NCBI GenBank assembly: GCA_025357355.1
Contig: JANXPK010000165.1
Span: forward strand, 1 to 41,822
Length of the DNA: 41,822 nucleotides
Direction of reading: 5' to 3'
Source of the DNA: Rhodobacterales bacterium
GTDB lineage: Bacteria > Pseudomonadota > Alphaproteobacteria > Rhodobacterales > Rhodobacteraceae
A program made the position numbers and the translations under genes. Under the pieces are notes generated by a model. It saw only the letters and a program-made list of their open reading frames with translations. It searched no databases and was not told the DNA's origin. Of the stretch, positions 1 to 8,557 are shown in pieces (position 1 is the stretch's first letter; each line of letters begins with the position of its first letter).

Positions 1-321
1 GTGAAGCCTCTGGTTTGGGCATGGTCAGACACAGCACGTGCTAATCGCGCCGATGCCATGCTTACGCAGAATGTATATCTGGTTTGGAGAAATGGCGGCG
101 CTTGGCACTTGTCGTCACGCAATGTTAACGGCGATTTTGGAACCGAGGGCCTCGCCAAAGCCGCCGCGCAAGCCGACTACACCGCCCGCATCGTCGCCGC
201 GCTGGACCCCACCGCCCTCGACAAGTTGCAAGCGGATGCGGTGGTGGGAGTGCCTTATCTTTGTCGAGACGGCAAATACCGGGCAATTGTGACCCCCGTC
301 TCCGGTGACATCCATGACTGA
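1..321 (+). CDS. Hypothetical early protein (VKPLVW...AKAAAQADY type); true start probably ATG 41773 across the circular junction
   Basis: ORF overlaps the next gene start at 314; see the junction finding. Confidence 0.7.
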   Translation: MKPLVWAWSDTARANRADAMLTQNVYLVWRNGGAWHLSSRNVNGDFGTEGLAKAAAQADYTARIVAALDPTALDKLQADAVVGVPYLCRDGKYRAIVTPVSGDIHD

Positions 322-625
322 CGCGGCGACAATCGCGGCGGGGCTGACGGCGGCGCAAGTCACACAGGCAGAACAGGCGATAAAGCGATTGCATGTCATT
401 TTCGCGGGATGGCGGTTGGCAATCCAAACCGGACACAAGTGCCTCACTTGCTTTGGTCGTGGTGGGTGGAACACGTGCGACGGAGCCGGCGGCAGGACAG
501 TATGCGAAGAGTGCAATGGAACTGGCGAAGGCTTCTCGCCGGAACAGGCCGTGACCGCCATCTGCGCTACCCCGCTCGGCCTCGCCGTCCTCGCGCACCT
601 CGACAAACAGGAGACCACAGCATGA
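314..625 (+). CDS. Hypothetical protein with DnaJ-type zinc-finger repeats
   Basis: Two CxxCxGxG motifs (CLTCFGRG, CEECNGTG); ATGA overlap with the next gene. Confidence 0.7.
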   Translation: MTDAATIAAGLTAAQVTQAEQAIKRLHVIFAGWRLAIQTGHKCLTCFGRGGWNTCDGAGGRTVCEECNGTGEGFSPEQAVTAICATPLGLAVLAHLDKQETTA

Positions 626-957
626 CCGACACGACAGACCTGGTGGGGCGGCTGCGGGGCGGTGGCTGGCATCGTATCAAGAACGGCAGAAACGTATGCG
701 ATGATGCGCCGTTGGGCGCCGCCGCCGAGATCACCCGCCTGCAACGCGAATGCGCGGCTTTGCGCGGGATGGCTCATGGCGACATCGGGGCGCACGATCC
801 GGCAGAGGCGGCGCTGGTGCTGTTGGACCGCGTGGCATACGACGCGAGCAGTGCGATGTTGGAGGCAATGCAGCGCATCCTGCCGACAGAGCAAACGGCG
901 GACCTGTTCGCTGCTTTTAATGCCACCCTAACCGCCCTCGCAGGAGCCGCCAAATGA
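622..957 (+). CDS. Hypothetical early protein
   Basis: AGGAG SD before ATG 622; ATGA coupling at both ends. Confidence 0.7.
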   Translation: MTDTTDLVGRLRGGGWHRIKNGRNVCDDAPLGAAAEITRLQRECAALRGMAHGDIGAHDPAEAALVLLDRVAYDASSAMLEAMQRILPTEQTADLFAAFNATLTALAGAAK

Positions 958-1154
958 CCGACATAAAACAAATCTTACGCGGGGCTGATCTGACCGACGA
1001 TGACCTACGCCAAATAGTTGAGGACTTCTACGTGGTTCGCAATTGGGCGGCGCTGAAAATGCGCATGGGCGTCCCGGAAATGAAGGAACACCTGTTCCAA
1101 GCGTTGCGAGCGCGGCTTGGTCGTCGTCCGCTAATTATGGATGATTTACAATGA
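954..1154 (+). CDS. Hypothetical protein
   Basis: AGGAG SD; ATGA overlaps at both ends. Confidence 0.7.
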   Translation: MTDIKQILRGADLTDDDLRQIVEDFYVVRNWAALKMRMGVPEMKEHLFQALRARLGRRPLIMDDLQ

Positions 1155-1471
1155 CCCATCCCCCCGAAGTCGTGGAAGCAGTTGCGCGGGTGTTGTGCAA
1201 GGTCGCCGAAATTGACGAAGCATGGCCTTATTCTCCGGGAGAGCCGCTCCCGTTATATTTGACGATGCCAGCCACCGACCTGCTGGACAATATCGCGGAT
1301 CGGATGGTGGCGGGGGCGGTTGCCATCCCGAAACGACTTGTGCCGGAAGTCCTTCAATGGATTGAGGATGAGCAAAAGCACTGGCCGGATGACACGCCAT
1401 ATCAGGACGATCTTGCGGAATTTTGCGCCGCCATTCGCGCCGTGCAGCCCGAGAACGGGGTCAGCCCATAA
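1151..1471 (+). CDS. Hypothetical protein
   Basis: ATGA-coupled ORF in the early operon. Confidence 0.65.
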   Translation: MTHPPEVVEAVARVLCKVAEIDEAWPYSPGEPLPLYLTMPATDLLDNIADRMVAGAVAIPKRLVPEVLQWIEDEQKHWPDDTPYQDDLAEFCAAIRAVQPENGVSP

Positions 1472-1557
1472 TGCGTCGTTACACCCTATTAGGGAAGGCG
1501 GCTCTGCGTTGCAGTCTGGCCAAAATGGCGGGGAACAAACTCGAAAAGGTGCCAAAA

Positions 1558-1878
1558 ATGATTACACCCGTCCGCATCCAGCTGCGCCGGACCAAGGGGT
1601 GGCGGATGCCTGAAAATACGATCAAAGTTGACCGTTCGACCCCTTGGGGAAACCCTTTCGTCGGCGCCTATTATCCGACCGCCGAGGCTGTGGTTGCCAG
1701 ATTCAAAGCGTCATTGACGATGACGCCGCGGCCGGCGAAGGACAGCTACATGGGCCAAATTCTGGATAGCATTCATGAACTGCGCGGCAAGAACCTTGCC
1801 TGCTGGTGTTCTCTGGACGCCCCCTGTCACGCCGATATCCTGCTGCAACTTGCCAATGCCGGAGGAAATCCTCTATGA
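1558..1878 (+). CDS. DUF4326 family protein
   Basis: RIQLRRTKGWRMP, VDRSTPWGNPF and LRGKNLACWC...CHADIL motifs. Start could alternatively be 1471. Confidence 0.85.
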   Translation: MITPVRIQLRRTKGWRMPENTIKVDRSTPWGNPFVGAYYPTAEAVVARFKASLTMTPRPAKDSYMGQILDSIHELRGKNLACWCSLDAPCHADILLQLANAGGNPL

Positions 1879-2222
1879 CCTGCACTCTCGCCATCTGCCT
1901 GCTGGCCGGGCATTTCACGATCACCGACGGCGACACAATCCGGGCCGGCGATCTGCGGATCCGCATCTGGGGGGTTGATGCCCCCGAGATGGCACACCCC
2001 GGCGGGTCAGCCTCGCGCAGCGCCCTGATCCAACTGACGCACGGCACCGGTCTTTCCTGCGAGGCCAAGGGGTCCGACCGCTACCACCGCACCGTCGCCC
2101 GCTGCCAGTTGACCAGCGGCCCCCACGACGGCCAGGACGTGGCCTGCCTGATGGTGGCAGGCGGATGGGCAATGGATTGGCCCAAATATTCGGGCGGCTA
2201 TTATGCGGGGTGCGGGAAGTGA
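1875..2222 (+). CDS. Thermonuclease (SNase-like) family protein
   Basis: DGDT, RIRIWGVDAPE and DRYHR motifs; GGAGG SD; short hydrophobic N-terminus. Confidence 0.88.
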   Translation: MTCTLAICLLAGHFTITDGDTIRAGDLRIRIWGVDAPEMAHPGGSASRSALIQLTHGTGLSCEAKGSDRYHRTVARCQLTSGPHDGQDVACLMVAGGWAMDWPKYSGGYYAGCGK

Positions 2223-2488
2223 ACCAGAAATCCGAATTGATCGAAACCGACGTCGCCTACCTTCGTGCTCAGAAAATCTGCATCTTGCGGAGAAATGGTC
2301 AATACTGGCTGGGTGGTGCAGGCTGGTCCGAAAAGATCGAACTCGCCAAGTGCTTTCCGGCAGATCAGATGGAAAGTAAGGCGCGCATTGATATCGGGAT
2401 GCCGTGCGAAATGATCTACATTGCACCCCGGATTATTGCGGAAATGCCCATCCTAATCGTTGGTGAGTTAAAGGTGAAGGGTAAATGA
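2219..2488 (+). CDS. Hypothetical protein (AT-richer than its neighbours)
   Basis: GTGA and ATGA overlaps with the flanking genes. Confidence 0.55.
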   Translation: MNQKSELIETDVAYLRAQKICILRRNGQYWLGGAGWSEKIELAKCFPADQMESKARIDIGMPCEMIYIAPRIIAEMPILIVGELKVKGK

Positions 2489-2682
2489 CCACCCGCCGCC
2501 CGCGCCGCCCGAACCTGCAGAAGGCGATCGAGGAAGCCCGCGCTGCCGGCATGGTGGTCAACCGTGCCGAGGTCTTGACGGATGGTCGAATCATTCTAAG
2601 CACGTCAGAAGTGATCCCAGAGCCGGATGTCCTCGGCGATTGGATGAAAAAGCGTGAATCTCGTGCTGCGCGGCATTCATAG
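2485..2682 (+). CDS. Small protein upstream of the integrase, candidate excisionase/directionality factor
   Basis: 65 aa, basic N-terminus, overlaps the integrase start; function inferred from position only. Confidence 0.5.
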   Translation: MTTRRPRRPNLQKAIEEARAAGMVVNRAEVLTDGRIILSTSEVIPEPDVLGDWMKKRESRAARHS

Positions 2683-3742
2683 GGTCAAGCGCCCGCTGGC
2701 CGGCGGCGGCCACAGCCTGCACCATTATGCCTGGCGCGGTGGACCCCGGATCGAGGCGGCCCCCGACACGCCGGAATTCCTCGCCGAATGGCAGCAGCTG
2801 ACAGCCTCACGCGACAAACCGACCCATCACGTCGGAACGCTGCAGGAACTGATCACCGGCTATCAGCAAAGTCCGGACTTCGCGGCGCTGGCCGATGAAA
2901 CGCGCGAAGGCTACATCCGCAGGATCCGCAAGATTGAAACAGCATTTGGTGACCTTCCCCTTGCCACTTTTGCCCGGCCGGATCCGCGCATTCGTGGCAT
3001 GATGCTTGACTGGCGCGACGGCATGGCAGGGCGACGCGAGGGTGATTACTGTCTGACAGTGCTTGCCCGCATTCTCAGCTGGTCCAAAAATCGCGGCCGC
3101 ATCACGGTCAACCCGCTGGAACGCCCTGGACGGCTCTACAGCGGCAGTCGGGCAGAGATCACGTGGTCAGAGACAGAGATCGCGGCGCTGCTGGCCAAGG
3201 CCACGCCGGCCGTGCGCCTGCCCTTCCTGCTGGCCCTGCACACGGGTCAGCGCGAGGGCGACATCCTGCGGCTCAGCTGGTCGGCCTACGACGGCCAGGC
3301 GCTGCGCCTGCGGCAGTCAAAGACCGGGCGGCACGTCCGCATTCCCGTGACCACCACCCTGAAGGCCGCACTGGATGCGACCAGACGGGTTGCGGTGACA
3401 ATCTGTTCCACAAGCCGAAAGCAAAGCTGGACAGGTGACGGGTTCCGCGCGAGCTTTGCCAAAATCAAGGTGGATGCCGGCATCGAGGGGCGGACGTTTC
3501 ATGATCTGCGTGGGACAGCCGTCACCCGCCTCGCGATCGCCGGATGCAGCGTCCCCGAGATTGCCACAATAACCGGACATGACCTGAAAACGGTCGAGGA
3601 AATTCTGTCGAAACACTACCTGAGCCGCGATAATGCCTTGGGTGATTCCGCAATTGCAAAGCTTGAAAAGCACGGAATGCGAACAGCAACTGTAAACGGT
3701 GGTGTAAACGGGTCAGGCGATCCTTCTCCAGACATCGCCTAA
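2654..3742 (+). CDS. int: Tyrosine recombinase (phage integrase)
   Basis: Catalytic residues: HTGQR (R), QSKT (K), FHDLR (HxxR), TGH (H), KHY (Y). Adjacent to a tRNA-derived att core. Confidence 0.95.
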   Translation: MNLVLRGIHRVKRPLAGGGHSLHHYAWRGGPRIEAAPDTPEFLAEWQQLTASRDKPTHHVGTLQELITGYQQSPDFAALADETREGYIRRIRKIETAFGDLPLATFARPDPRIRGMMLDWRDGMAGRREGDYCLTVLARILSWSKNRGRITVNPLERPGRLYSGSRAEITWSETEIAALLAKATPAVRLPFLLALHTGQREGDILRLSWSAYDGQALRLRQSKTGRHVRIPVTTTLKAALDATRRVAVTICSTSRKQSWTGDGFRASFAKIKVDAGIEGRTFHDLRGTAVTRLAIAGCSVPEIATITGHDLKTVEEILSKHYLSRDNALGDSAIAKLEKHGMRTATVNGGVNGSGDPSPDIA

Positions 3743-3897
3743 CCCTTTGGTTTTATTGGTGGCGAGGGGGGGACTCGAACCCCCGACCCCGTGATTATGA
3801 GTCACGGTCAAGATAGCCAAATATCACGCAAACACCTGTAAAAAGCACAACAAACCACACTAACAAAATCAAGGTGTTACGCGCGTGTTGTAAAAGG
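3691..3897. promoter_or_regulatory. attP region: candidate integrase arm sites and IHF sites around the core
   Basis: TGTAAACGG at 3691 and 3703, TGTAAAAAG at 3837, TGTAAAAGG at 3889. Exact IHF consensus WATCAANNNNTTR at 3867-3879; one-mismatch copy on the minus strand at 3740-3752. Confidence 0.7.
3757..3806 (-). other. attP core: 3' half of a tRNA with CAT anticodon (Met or Ile2)
   Basis: Minus strand reads CGTGA-CTCATAA-TCACG-GGGTC-GGGGG-TTCGAGT-CCCCC-CCTCGCC-A-CCA (anticodon arm, T arm, acceptor strand, CCA). No D arm or 5' acceptor strand upstream. Confidence 0.92.
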
Positions 3898-3934
3898 TGA
3901 CGATCGGCGGGCACCACGTGCCGAGCCTTCGATA

Positions 3935-4258
3935 TCACGGCCCGGCGTTAGCTTTTATCAGCCAATCCGTATCGCTGATCACCTGGAGTGGTTTACCGGG
4001 CGGGGTGGCCTGGATTTGCAGGTTGTATAAGCCAGCCGGCAACAGACCCGGCGCAAAGATGGCCTGCACCTGCGTGGCGGAAGCCACAGTGCAGGACGTG
4101 GCCTGTGTGGAAACCTGCGTGGCGGCATTGCGGACCCAGGCATTGACGACAGAGCCGACAAAGGTTGTGACACCTGTTGCGGGGTCAAACCCGCCGCCCG
4201 ACTTGGTGGTATCAGCCGTGTAGTTTATGCCATCCGCAACGTGAGGATTGAACATCAA
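3935..4258 (-). CDS. Hypothetical, probable virion accessory protein
   Basis: Last gene of the late operon; overlaps the upstream stop; beta-strand-like, Thr/Ala-rich. Confidence 0.6.
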   Translation of the reverse strand: MMFNPHVADGINYTADTTKSGGGFDPATGVTTFVGSVVNAWVRNAATQVSTQATSCTVASATQVQAIFAPGLLPAGLYNLQIQATPPGKPLQVISDTDWLIKANAGP

Positions 4259-4767
4259 GCAGCACCCCTGTATGTGGCAGGCCCCGTTCGCAGGACATAC
4301 TGCGCAGGGCCGGATTTGAAGACGTATAACGCGGGGCCGGTGCGCATGACATACCGGGCTGGGCCGGAGAATTGCGCCGCGCCGGTGGTTTGCGCGCCGG
4401 TCGTAGCGGTGGCCGCGCCCGTCACCATGATGGTTGCTGCGGCTAGTGCCCGGACTGGTGCGGTGGCGGTTGCCGCGCCCGTGACCGCGACCAGGCCCGC
4501 TGCCTGCCCCTGAGCAAGCGCGGTGGCAGTGGCACTACCCGTAACACCAACTGTGCCCGCTACCTGCGCATTTGCTCCGGCGGCGCCACTTGTGGCTGTT
4601 GCAGCGCCTGTAACACTGACAGGGCCGGCGGCCTGCCCCTGTGCCAAGGCTGTTGCTGTTGCCGCGCCTGTAACACTGACAGTGCCGGCGGCAACCGCAT
4701 TGGCACCGGCGACAGCGGCCCCATCATCGCCAAGCGGTGCTGCACCAAGGGGATAAAAGCCGAGCAT
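4255..4767 (-). CDS. Ala/Thr/Gly-rich repeat protein, probable fibre/appendage component
   Basis: MLGFYPLGAAPLGDD N-terminus; repeated VSVTGAATATA units; four C-terminal GPAxY repeats with 9-aa period. Confidence 0.7.
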   Translation of the reverse strand: MLGFYPLGAAPLGDDGAAVAGANAVAAGTVSVTGAATATALAQGQAAGPVSVTGAATATSGAAGANAQVAGTVGVTGSATATALAQGQAAGLVAVTGAATATAPVRALAAATIMVTGAATATTGAQTTGAAQFSGPARYVMRTGPALYVFKSGPAQYVLRTGPATYRGAA

Positions 4768-5214
4768 TTACGCTTTCATCGCCGTCGCGGCGCGGAACAG
4801 CGTGTCTACCTCCCCCGGCGCCATCCCCAAAACCCACGCCAGCGCGTCCACCGTTTCTGACAGGCGCGGCACATCAACCGCGTTGCTGATGATGATCCGC
4901 ATGGCCCATGGCGCATCTGGGCTGTCAGCATATTGGGTAATTTTGGCCCAGTTTGCCTCCCCCATCGCCACGATCATTTGCCAGCGGGTACAGGACATGG
5001 CCGCGCGTTCGGCTAGTAAAACCGCATCGGGCCCCCTGATGAATGTGTCCACACGGTCTTCGGAATCAGGATCGGATGCCCAATCTTTCCCAGCCCACCG
5101 CATGCCGTAGCGCCCACCATCCGGCGCTTTTACCATCCCTTGCGGAATTGGCGTGTCGGCATAAAAATTCCCGGCCCAATCACCATCGGGCGTCATATAT
5201 GGCGCGTAATTCAT
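4768..5214 (-). CDS. Hypothetical protein, possible fibre assembly chaperone
   Basis: Directly follows the 334-aa fibre-like gene and abuts the next gene; function from position only. Confidence 0.6.
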   Translation of the reverse strand: MNYAPYMTPDGDWAGNFYADTPIPQGMVKAPDGGRYGMRWAGKDWASDPDSEDRVDTFIRGPDAVLLAERAAMSCTRWQMIVAMGEANWAKITQYADSPDAPWAMRIIISNAVDVPRLSETVDALAWVLGMAPGEVDTLFRAATAMKA

Positions 5215-5215
5215 G

Positions 5216-6220
5216 TCAGACCCCTAACCAGACGGCGGGCGGGTTTTGCCCGGACACCTCGGAAGAAACATAGCCCCATGGGTTGGGCGCGCCAGTACCG
5301 TAGGTCAGTGTGCGCCTTAGCATGGTTTGCGCCGATGTTGAAATAGCGCCAATTGGCAAGTAGGCCTGCGAGCCAGCCGCAACGGTTGAAAGCGTGGCGG
5401 TGGACGAAACCCGCGTTCCGCGCCAATACGTCCTGCCTCTGCGCAGCGTCAGAGAACATGAGACGGGTTTAGGGCCGATTGTGGCGCAATCCAGATCGGC
5501 GGTTTCCAACAAAAGCGCGTTTGGGCGACCAAGGCTGTCGCTGTCATACATCACGATCTTGGACAAAGCCGAGGCAACCGCTGTTGTCACGTTAATCCCG
5601 ACACCGATGACGGGTAAATCCACCAGAGGCACAAACGCGGCAAGGTCCATGCGGTTTGCCACGCCCGCCAGCGTCACCGTTGCCAGTGCCGTGATGCAAC
5701 CCGCCAGCAGGTATTCGGTCGTCACGGGCAGAATGCCCGGCAACCCGCCTTGCGGATCAAGCGCGACTGTCACGCCGTTGGACCGGGCTTTGAAACGGTT
5801 CTCTGTCGAATTATACCAGATATCGCCGTTCACCGGACTGCCGGGGTCGGATGCCATTGAACCCATGCCGGATTCCTTGGCAAACGTGGCCTTCTGGGCG
5901 AACGTGTTTGCCCGGTCCAGCAGCGCCAAGTCTTCGGAAACCGCCGTGATGGCAACCGTAGCAGCGCCGGACAGGTTCAACAGCGACCCAGTTGAACTGG
6001 CAAGCAAGACGCGGCTCATTGTCGTTCCACCGATTGTATAGACGCCGAGGCCGACCTCCCAAGCCGCGCCGTCATTAAGCAAATATCGAACGGTTGCCGC
6101 GTCGGGGACACCGCCTGATGCAAACGTCTGGAACCCGCTGGACGCAGCGCCTAGCGTGACCGTTCCGGTGCCGGTCGTCGCCGTCGTGACCTTGACCCGG
6201 TTGGCCAGTGTAAGAGGCAT
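5216..6220 (-). CDS. Virion fibre-like structural protein
   Basis: [20 protein letters not shown]...GFQTF N-terminus recalled from phage structural proteins; NGDIWYNS motif; beta-rich C-terminal domain. Confidence 0.7.
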   Translation of the reverse strand: MPLTLANRVKVTTATTGTGTVTLGAASSGFQTFASGGVPDAATVRYLLNDGAAWEVGLGVYTIGGTTMSRVLLASSTGSLLNLSGAATVAITAVSEDLALLDRANTFAQKATFAKESGMGSMASDPGSPVNGDIWYNSTENRFKARSNGVTVALDPQGGLPGILPVTTEYLLAGCITALATVTLAGVANRMDLAAFVPLVDLPVIGVGINVTTAVASALSKIVMYDSDSLGRPNALLLETADLDCATIGPKPVSCSLTLRRGRTYWRGTRVSSTATLSTVAAGSQAYLPIGAISTSAQTMLRRTLTYGTGAPNPWGYVSSEVSGQNPPAVWLGV

Positions 6221-6621
6221 CAGGCACCCCCCGCCGTATACGAAAAGGACGTAACGTTGAACACCTGACCCGCCACCAGCGCCGGGTTGTCAATCGTCAT
6301 GTCACCGCCGCCACCTGTTGCGGTGGCGGTGCCTTGGTGGTGGCAGGTGCCGGCAGTGATAATTCGAAAATAGCCCGCCGTGCCGGTTGCGTCCGCCGAC
6401 GCGTCCTGCCACGTGCCAAGCATGGTTTTCACACCGCCCACTGCAGCCCCCAACCAGTCGGATGGCATTATTATTGTCGCAATCACTGTCCCGGTGGCTG
6501 CAGCGGCGGCATTGGCCGGCATTGCGCCTGTACGAATTTCCATTGTGGGCGAAGTGCCGATTGTTGTCTCAATGATATCGACAATCGCGTTGCGCACTCC
6601 GGTGGAAAACTGATTAGCCAT
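6220..6621 (-). CDS. Small Gly/Thr/Ala-rich virion structural protein
   Basis: AAAGGA SD; [12 protein letters not shown] and [10 protein letters not shown] motifs; TGATG coupling to the next gene. Confidence 0.7.
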   Translation of the reverse strand: MANQFSTGVRNAIVDIIETTIGTSPTMEIRTGAMPANAAAAATGTVIATIIMPSDWLGAAVGGVKTMLGTWQDASADATGTAGYFRIITAGTCHHQGTATATGGGGDMTIDNPALVAGQVFNVTSFSYTAGGA

Positions 6622-6668
6622 GGATAGTCCTTTCGGGGATTGGGGTTGGGTTCAGCCGCGCGGCACCC

Positions 6669-7103
6669 CTACCGCTTGGCGGGCTTGATGCCGAACGCAT
6701 GAAAGATGCCAAGGTTTAGGCCCAGACCCGCCGCCAGCGCATAGCCGAGGCTTGGCAGATCAACGGTCAGCCCATAGTTGAGATTGTCGATGTAGACCGT
6801 CCCGGCGATACCTGCGGGCAGCATGCCCACCAGCCCGGTGATGGAATACATCGCAACCCGCAGATAGCTGCCGAACAAATCCGACCCGGTGAAAAAGTCG
6901 GGCTTTACGCCCCATTTCGCAAAGATCGAAAAGGATGCCACCACCGCAATCAGGATCGCCACCGACAGGCCGCGAATGTCGATATGCAGCAGGCCCGCGG
7001 GCGATACAGCAAGCCAGCCAAGTGCCCACGCGGGGACCAGGCCGGCAAAAAACGTGGCGGCGTAGGCCACCAGCCTCAGATAGACGGAGCTCAGATCAAA
7101 CAT
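6669..7103 (-). CDS. Multi-pass membrane protein with an internal tandem duplication, holin candidate
   Basis: AAAGGA SD; hydrophobic throughout; two similar halves (YLRL...IFAKWGVK and YLRV...IFHAFGIK); follows the endolysin. Confidence 0.6.
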   Translation of the reverse strand: MFDLSSVYLRLVAYAATFFAGLVPAWALGWLAVSPAGLLHIDIRGLSVAILIAVVASFSIFAKWGVKPDFFTGSDLFGSYLRVAMYSITGLVGMLPAGIAGTVYIDNLNYGLTVDLPSLGYALAAGLGLNLGIFHAFGIKPAKR

Positions 7104-7174
7104 CGGGAATCCTTTCAGATGCGCCGAGGCGCTTTGGGGCCGCAAGATGCGGCGGTTTGCTATTGGGAGGGGTG

Positions 7175-7672
7175 TCAGATCTTGAAATGCCTCAGGATGT
7201 CGAGGCGCAGCCGCTCGCCAACTGCCACCGGGTCACCGGGTGCAGCCATGCCCGGCAGCCATGTAATGTCCCATTTGCCGCGTTGCTGGATGCCCAGCGT
7301 CGGCTGCACCTCGGCATGGGTCAGGACCGACTGCCGGGTTACTGGAATGCCAAACCGAATGCAGAGATCAGCGATCAGGCCACAGAACACCTCGATTTGC
7401 AGCCAGTTCAAGGGTGATTTTCCCGGCTGAAACGGCCGTTCCACCGCCCCCATCATGCCACACATTGACACCCCGATCCGCCCGGTGTTGGCGCTCAGCG
7501 TGTGGGCTGCATAGCGGCCGTCACCGATGCTAATATTGTCCTCGGGCGCGTAGTCGCCTTTGACGATGGTGCCGTCTTGCTGCACGATGAAGTGGTAATG
7601 CTGCCTGTCCAGCACCGACACCTTGGCTCCGCCAGCCGTCCAGTGCATGACGATCCCTTTGAGGCCGCTCAT
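7175..7672 (-). CDS. Endolysin, N-acetylmuramoyl-L-alanine amidase (Amidase_2-like)
   Basis: IVMHWTAG, YHFIV, AHT, HAEV and KWD motifs. Confidence 0.9.
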   Translation of the reverse strand: MSGLKGIVMHWTAGGAKVSVLDRQHYHFIVQQDGTIVKGDYAPEDNISIGDGRYAAHTLSANTGRIGVSMCGMMGAVERPFQPGKSPLNWLQIEVFCGLIADLCIRFGIPVTRQSVLTHAEVQPTLGIQQRGKWDITWLPGMAAPGDPVAVGERLRLDILRHFKI

Positions 7673-7980
7673 GGTTTTGCCCCGCGAACCGCCAGCGCGG
7701 CCTTAATTTCATTGACCGCCGACAAGATGTTTTGCAGATCGCTGGACTGGCTGGCCTGTGCCACCTCCACAGCCCGCATGCGCGTCTCAAACGCCGCGTT
7801 GCGGGCGTCGACCAGTGCAACCCTGTCCCTGAGTGTCCCGTTGATGGACTCGATTTTGTCCGCTTGCCGCGCCTGCTCTTGTTGCAGTTGCGAATAAGAC
7901 CAGAACATCCCCGCGATCATCGCAAGCATTGTCAGGACATTCCCGATCGTCACCTTATTTTCAAACTGCATTGCGGTCAT
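7669..7980 (-). CDS. Single-TM plus coiled-coil protein in the lysis cassette
   Basis: N-terminal TM (IGNVLTMLAMIAGMFWSY) then heptad pattern; AAGGA SD; coupled to the endolysin. Confidence 0.7.
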   Translation of the reverse strand: MTAMQFENKVTIGNVLTMLAMIAGMFWSYSQLQQEQARQADKIESINGTLRDRVALVDARNAAFETRMRAVEVAQASQSSDLQNILSAVNEIKAALAVRGAKP

Positions 7981-7985
7981 GGTCC

Positions 7986-8267
7986 TTATCCCATTAAAAT
8001 CGGTCTGACCGCGACCACGATATCGGCGCCTTCGGGCAACACGACGACGGGTTGATCGGCATAATATCCCGGTGGCGGGATGATCGTTATGGTGTCCGGC
8101 ACGTTACCCGGTGCACTGTCCCAAGACACTCCGACCAGCACTCCGCCGATATCCATCACACATTCAATGTGCGACGGCCCGCTTGCCAGCCGATTGCCCA
8201 GATGAATATCCGCGCCGCCCATGACGGGCAGGCCAAACACCAGCAAGGGCGCGAATAAACAACTCAT
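7986..8267 (-). CDS. Hypothetical protein with hydrophobic N-terminus
   Basis: GGAGG SD; ATGA overlap with the upstream wHTH gene. Confidence 0.65.
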   Translation of the reverse strand: MSCLFAPLLVFGLPVMGGADIHLGNRLASGPSHIECVMDIGGVLVGVSWDSAPGNVPDTITIIPPPGYYADQPVVVLPEGADIVVAVRPILMG

Positions 8268-8521
8268 GTATCCTCCCAATAATAACCGACGGACGGGCTT
8301 GTTTTTATGGCCGATATGCCGTGCGCCCGAATGCGCTTGACGTGCGTATCCACGGCCCGATCATTGGAATTATGGCTCAAGCCCACCGCGTCCAATATCT
8401 GCCACCGCGTCCGCACAAAGCCGGGGTGCGCGGCAAGATAGGCGATAATGTCGAACTCGATACGCCGGGGCCGCAACGTGACCGCCCCGATTGTCACGGT
8501 GCGGCGGTCCAGATCAATCAT
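8264..8521 (-). CDS. Stand-alone OmpR/PhoB-type winged-helix DNA-binding domain (ChvI-like), no receiver domain
   Basis: EFDIIAYLAAHPGFVRTRWQILDAV, DRAVDTHVKRIR and IKTSPSVGY match the Trans_reg_C pattern. Confidence 0.85.
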   Translation of the reverse strand: MIDLDRRTVTIGAVTLRPRRIEFDIIAYLAAHPGFVRTRWQILDAVGLSHNSNDRAVDTHVKRIRAHGISAIKTSPSVGYYWEDT

Positions 8522-8557
8522 CGCGCCACCATCTTGGCTATGCCATATCCTTCGGGC

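Noticed and set aside
3757-3835. Complete phage-encoded tRNA gene
   Set aside because: Only the anticodon arm to CCA is present. The upstream sequence cannot form a D arm or pair with the acceptor strand, so it is an att core.
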